Positions 61,606 through 64,000 of a stretch of 64,000 nucleotides of DNA are shown one piece after another. The notes under the pieces are model-generated. The model did no database searches and was not told the origin of the DNA. It worked only from the letters and a program-made list of their open reading frames with translations. This stretch comes from Penicillus capitatus (Eukaryota > Plantae > Chlorophyta). A program made the translations under genes and the position numbers. Every line of letters begins with the position of its first letter. Position 1 is the first letter of the stretch. Location of the stretch: NCBI GenBank assembly GCA_965649825.1, contig OZ287710.1:372001-436000 (forward strand), read 5' to 3'.

Positions 61606-63496
61606 TTATGCGACAGACAGTGTTTTTACCATATAATGTCCTTCAAGATGGTATCCTAGTTTTCGATAGTAATGTCGTGTGCCGACTCCAGATATAACGA
61701 CGAGTTTCTGTGATCGATGCTCCTTCATGGCAATCTCCTCTGCCTTCTCCATGAGTAGCGTTCCGTAGCCTTGATGCTGGAACTTTGTCGTGTCTCGACC
61801 GTGGACAGAAACGGCAGTGCCATAGACATGGAGTTCACGAATAATGGACGTTTTTCCTCTGAGTTCTGGCTGACGTTGTTTGTCGGGGCCTTGACATTTT
61901 CTCAACCTCAACAGTCCAACGAGAATGTCTTTTTGAGGATCTTCATAGGCAAGGAATGTCTCCCAGCTTCCGTTTGCTGAATAATCCCTTCGGATAAGCT
62001 CCACTTCTGTTGGCCTGATTCGATTGTGAATGTCTTGGATGCCCACTTCTCTTGTACGCACGTCGCGGCATCGCAATCCAAATTGAGCCATCCGAGCAAG
62101 AGCTAATTCGCGAAGATTGCCCTTCTCCACTCCAGATGTGACCAAAGGCATCGGGATATCTCGCTGAACACGATAGACACGCACCCATGGGGGCACTAAT
62201 GCCAAGATCCTGGCAACTAGATCCACCAACTGCACATCGATAAAGAGATCATCCACCGATCGCCATGAGAGATGTCAGTCGCACTTTGTCAGGGTGATAG
62301 TTCTTGTAGAGACCCTTCTTCCATAGCTCATAGAGTCCAGTTCCTCGAATGACGAGAGTTGGATAGATTTTCAGTCCATCCGTACGAAAATCAGGATTCT
62401 CGAAGAACTCTCTGAAGCTCTCTATGTCTCTCTCCCATCCAACATTCGGCAGATCAGGCATCATATGAGCAACCACTTTAAATCCAGCATTCTTTGCCAG
62501 CTGGAAACATCTCTTCACTGCCTCTACTGTGTGACCACGATTTGTATCACGGGCCACATCCTCATATATGCTTTGCAAACCAATTTCCAGCCTTGTGCAA
62601 CCGTAAGAGAGCATCTGTGTCAGATGTGGCATCTGGCAGAAATCGGGCCGCGTCTCGATGGTTAGCCCAATGCATTTCGTTCTGCTCTCTTCTGAGTAAA
62701 CGACAGCTTCCTCCACGTTGCGGGATGTGTGGCCTGATAAAGCATCATGGAGGTTGCGAATGAAGTAGTCTCTGTAGTCTAGTGGGAGCGACATGAATGT
62801 CCCGCCCATCAAAATAAACTCGACTTTGTCGACGTTGTGTCCAAGCTTCCTCAGTTGCTCGACTCTGTTTCGAGCTTGAACATATGGATTGTATCTGTGA
62901 AGGAGAGGGTACTGAGGACAGTTAACATGAACACAAGATCACACACCGTGCACGAATGGCTCTCATGCTCGTAGGCTCATATCCTGTGTAAGACTGTGTG
63001 CTGTATTCGAAATCCGAATCGGGTCCCCCTGGACAGTAAACGCAGATGTTCCCAGTGGTCGCAATGTGTGGACATCGATGTGGCTTTGACATGACAGCGA
63101 CAACTGCAATGCCAGATGCTGTTCGAACTGGTTTTGCACGCAACCTACAATGGAAGCGTTGATATTTCGATTGAGCAGATCTTGCAGACAACTGTGGCAG
63201 AAGAACAGATTTGTACTCCTCTGGCACAGCAGCAATAATCTCGACGAGCTTTGGTGCGCGACTCAGTCCATATTTCTTTGTCACCTAATCGGGAAGGCGA
63301 CGTTTTGCATTCTACTACTCTGTCGGGGACCTTTGTTTTGAGATCATTCAGGTCAAGTGTCTGCCCACGAGTCACTCCGCGAATCAAAACGGTGACGATC
63401 TCGGCGACAGCGCGAATTCGATCCTACTACAGCGGGATGTTCTCGCAAACGTCTTTTGATCGATGCACTGCCAACCACCTCTTCATTTTTCTTCAT
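61606..63496 (-). CDS. ELP3: Elongator subunit ELP3 (radical SAM + KAT)
   Basis: [56 protein letters not shown]. Confidence 0.97.
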
Positions 63497-63568
63497 AGTT
63501 CAGCCGCAGTTCGATACAACAGACCCAGTCGACTTTAAACGTCACGTCAAACTCTTTTGTGAAGCCCA

Positions 63569-64000
63569 TCATGCTGAATTGTCGGAATCAATTTCCTCCA
63601 TCGATATGTCGTCATCTGTCGGGCACCGTTTCCTTATCAGGCAACCTACAAGAGAAGTCTAACGTCATCATCTGCAGGTTTGAATGGATGGATGGTGGAT
63701 ACCTTCTTCGTTGTCGTCCGCCTGGGCACGTCGTCTCCTCTTTGGTCTTGATGGAGGTAGACCCTCTATTTCGGCTGGAACATAATCTGCATCTTCATCA
63801 TCCCGATCTGGCAGTTCTTCTCCTGCCAAGAGATGCAGCAGTTCTGGATCGTCTGGTGTCTGTGTTCCTGAGGAATCCGACGCGGTGAACAGGTTTTCCA
63901 TTCCAGATGCCTCCTTAGATCCGTCTATGACCACATTTGCTTCTGTCTGTCGCATTTCTTCAATTTTCTTCTCCTCGGGTCCACGTTCTTTATCTGTCGC
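63569..64000 (-). CDS. 3' end of an acidic, NLS-bearing protein (partial)
   Basis: Open frame from the window edge with DEDADYVP and PKRRRR. Last exon inferred. Confidence 0.45.

Noticed and set aside
6860-63496. Functional clustering of chromatin/repair genes (RAD54, BCCIP, LDL3-like, ELP3, CID)
   Set aside because: They are interspersed with unrelated genes, and such categories are common enough to co-occur by chance.
1-64000. Alternative nuclear code (TAA/TAG = Gln) as in some ulvophytes
   Set aside because: Long conserved exons (SIR, PiT, CCT1, ELP3) contain no in-frame TAR, and several genes end at TAA/TAG at their homologous C-termini.
1-64000. tRNA, rRNA, CRISPR array or intact transposase/RT
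   Set aside because: None recognised by eye. tRNAscan-SE and Infernal were not run.

Overview
Gene-dense stretch of a compact eukaryotic nuclear genome, almost certainly a chlorophyte green alga. Support: plastid-targeted PsbP-domain protein, PGLP and sulfite reductase; TGTAA poly(A)-type signals; the cilia-related TTC12. The ~45-60 nt introns and ~48% GC suggest a compact lineage such as Bryopsidales (inference). It uses the standard code. I reconstructed about 33 spliced genes by hand; exon boundaries are inferred from reading frame and homology, not transcripts. Most are ordinary: copper amine oxidase, RAD54, PPD3, DUF1995, PGLP, Rab5, SIR, TTC12, ABCD4, CCT1, SEC10, PiT/PTB, ELMOD, BCCIP, RPRD1, ELP3. 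Best leads: (1) a decayed Fanzor/TnpB-like ORF filling the only large gene-free gap (about 42.0-44.0 kb); (2) a PWWP-PHD-Dam-like adenine methyltransferase-CW protein with an NPDY motif, plus a RAMA-domain gene elsewhere in the window; (3) a DCP2-like Nudix domain lacking its catalytic glutamates, fused to two dsRNA-binding domains; (4) an H/ACA snoRNA candidate in the only long intron; (5) a recent intron gain by 116-bp tandem duplication in ABCD4; (6) three required GC-AG introns. All family assignments come from recalled motifs and need HMM/BLAST confirmation.
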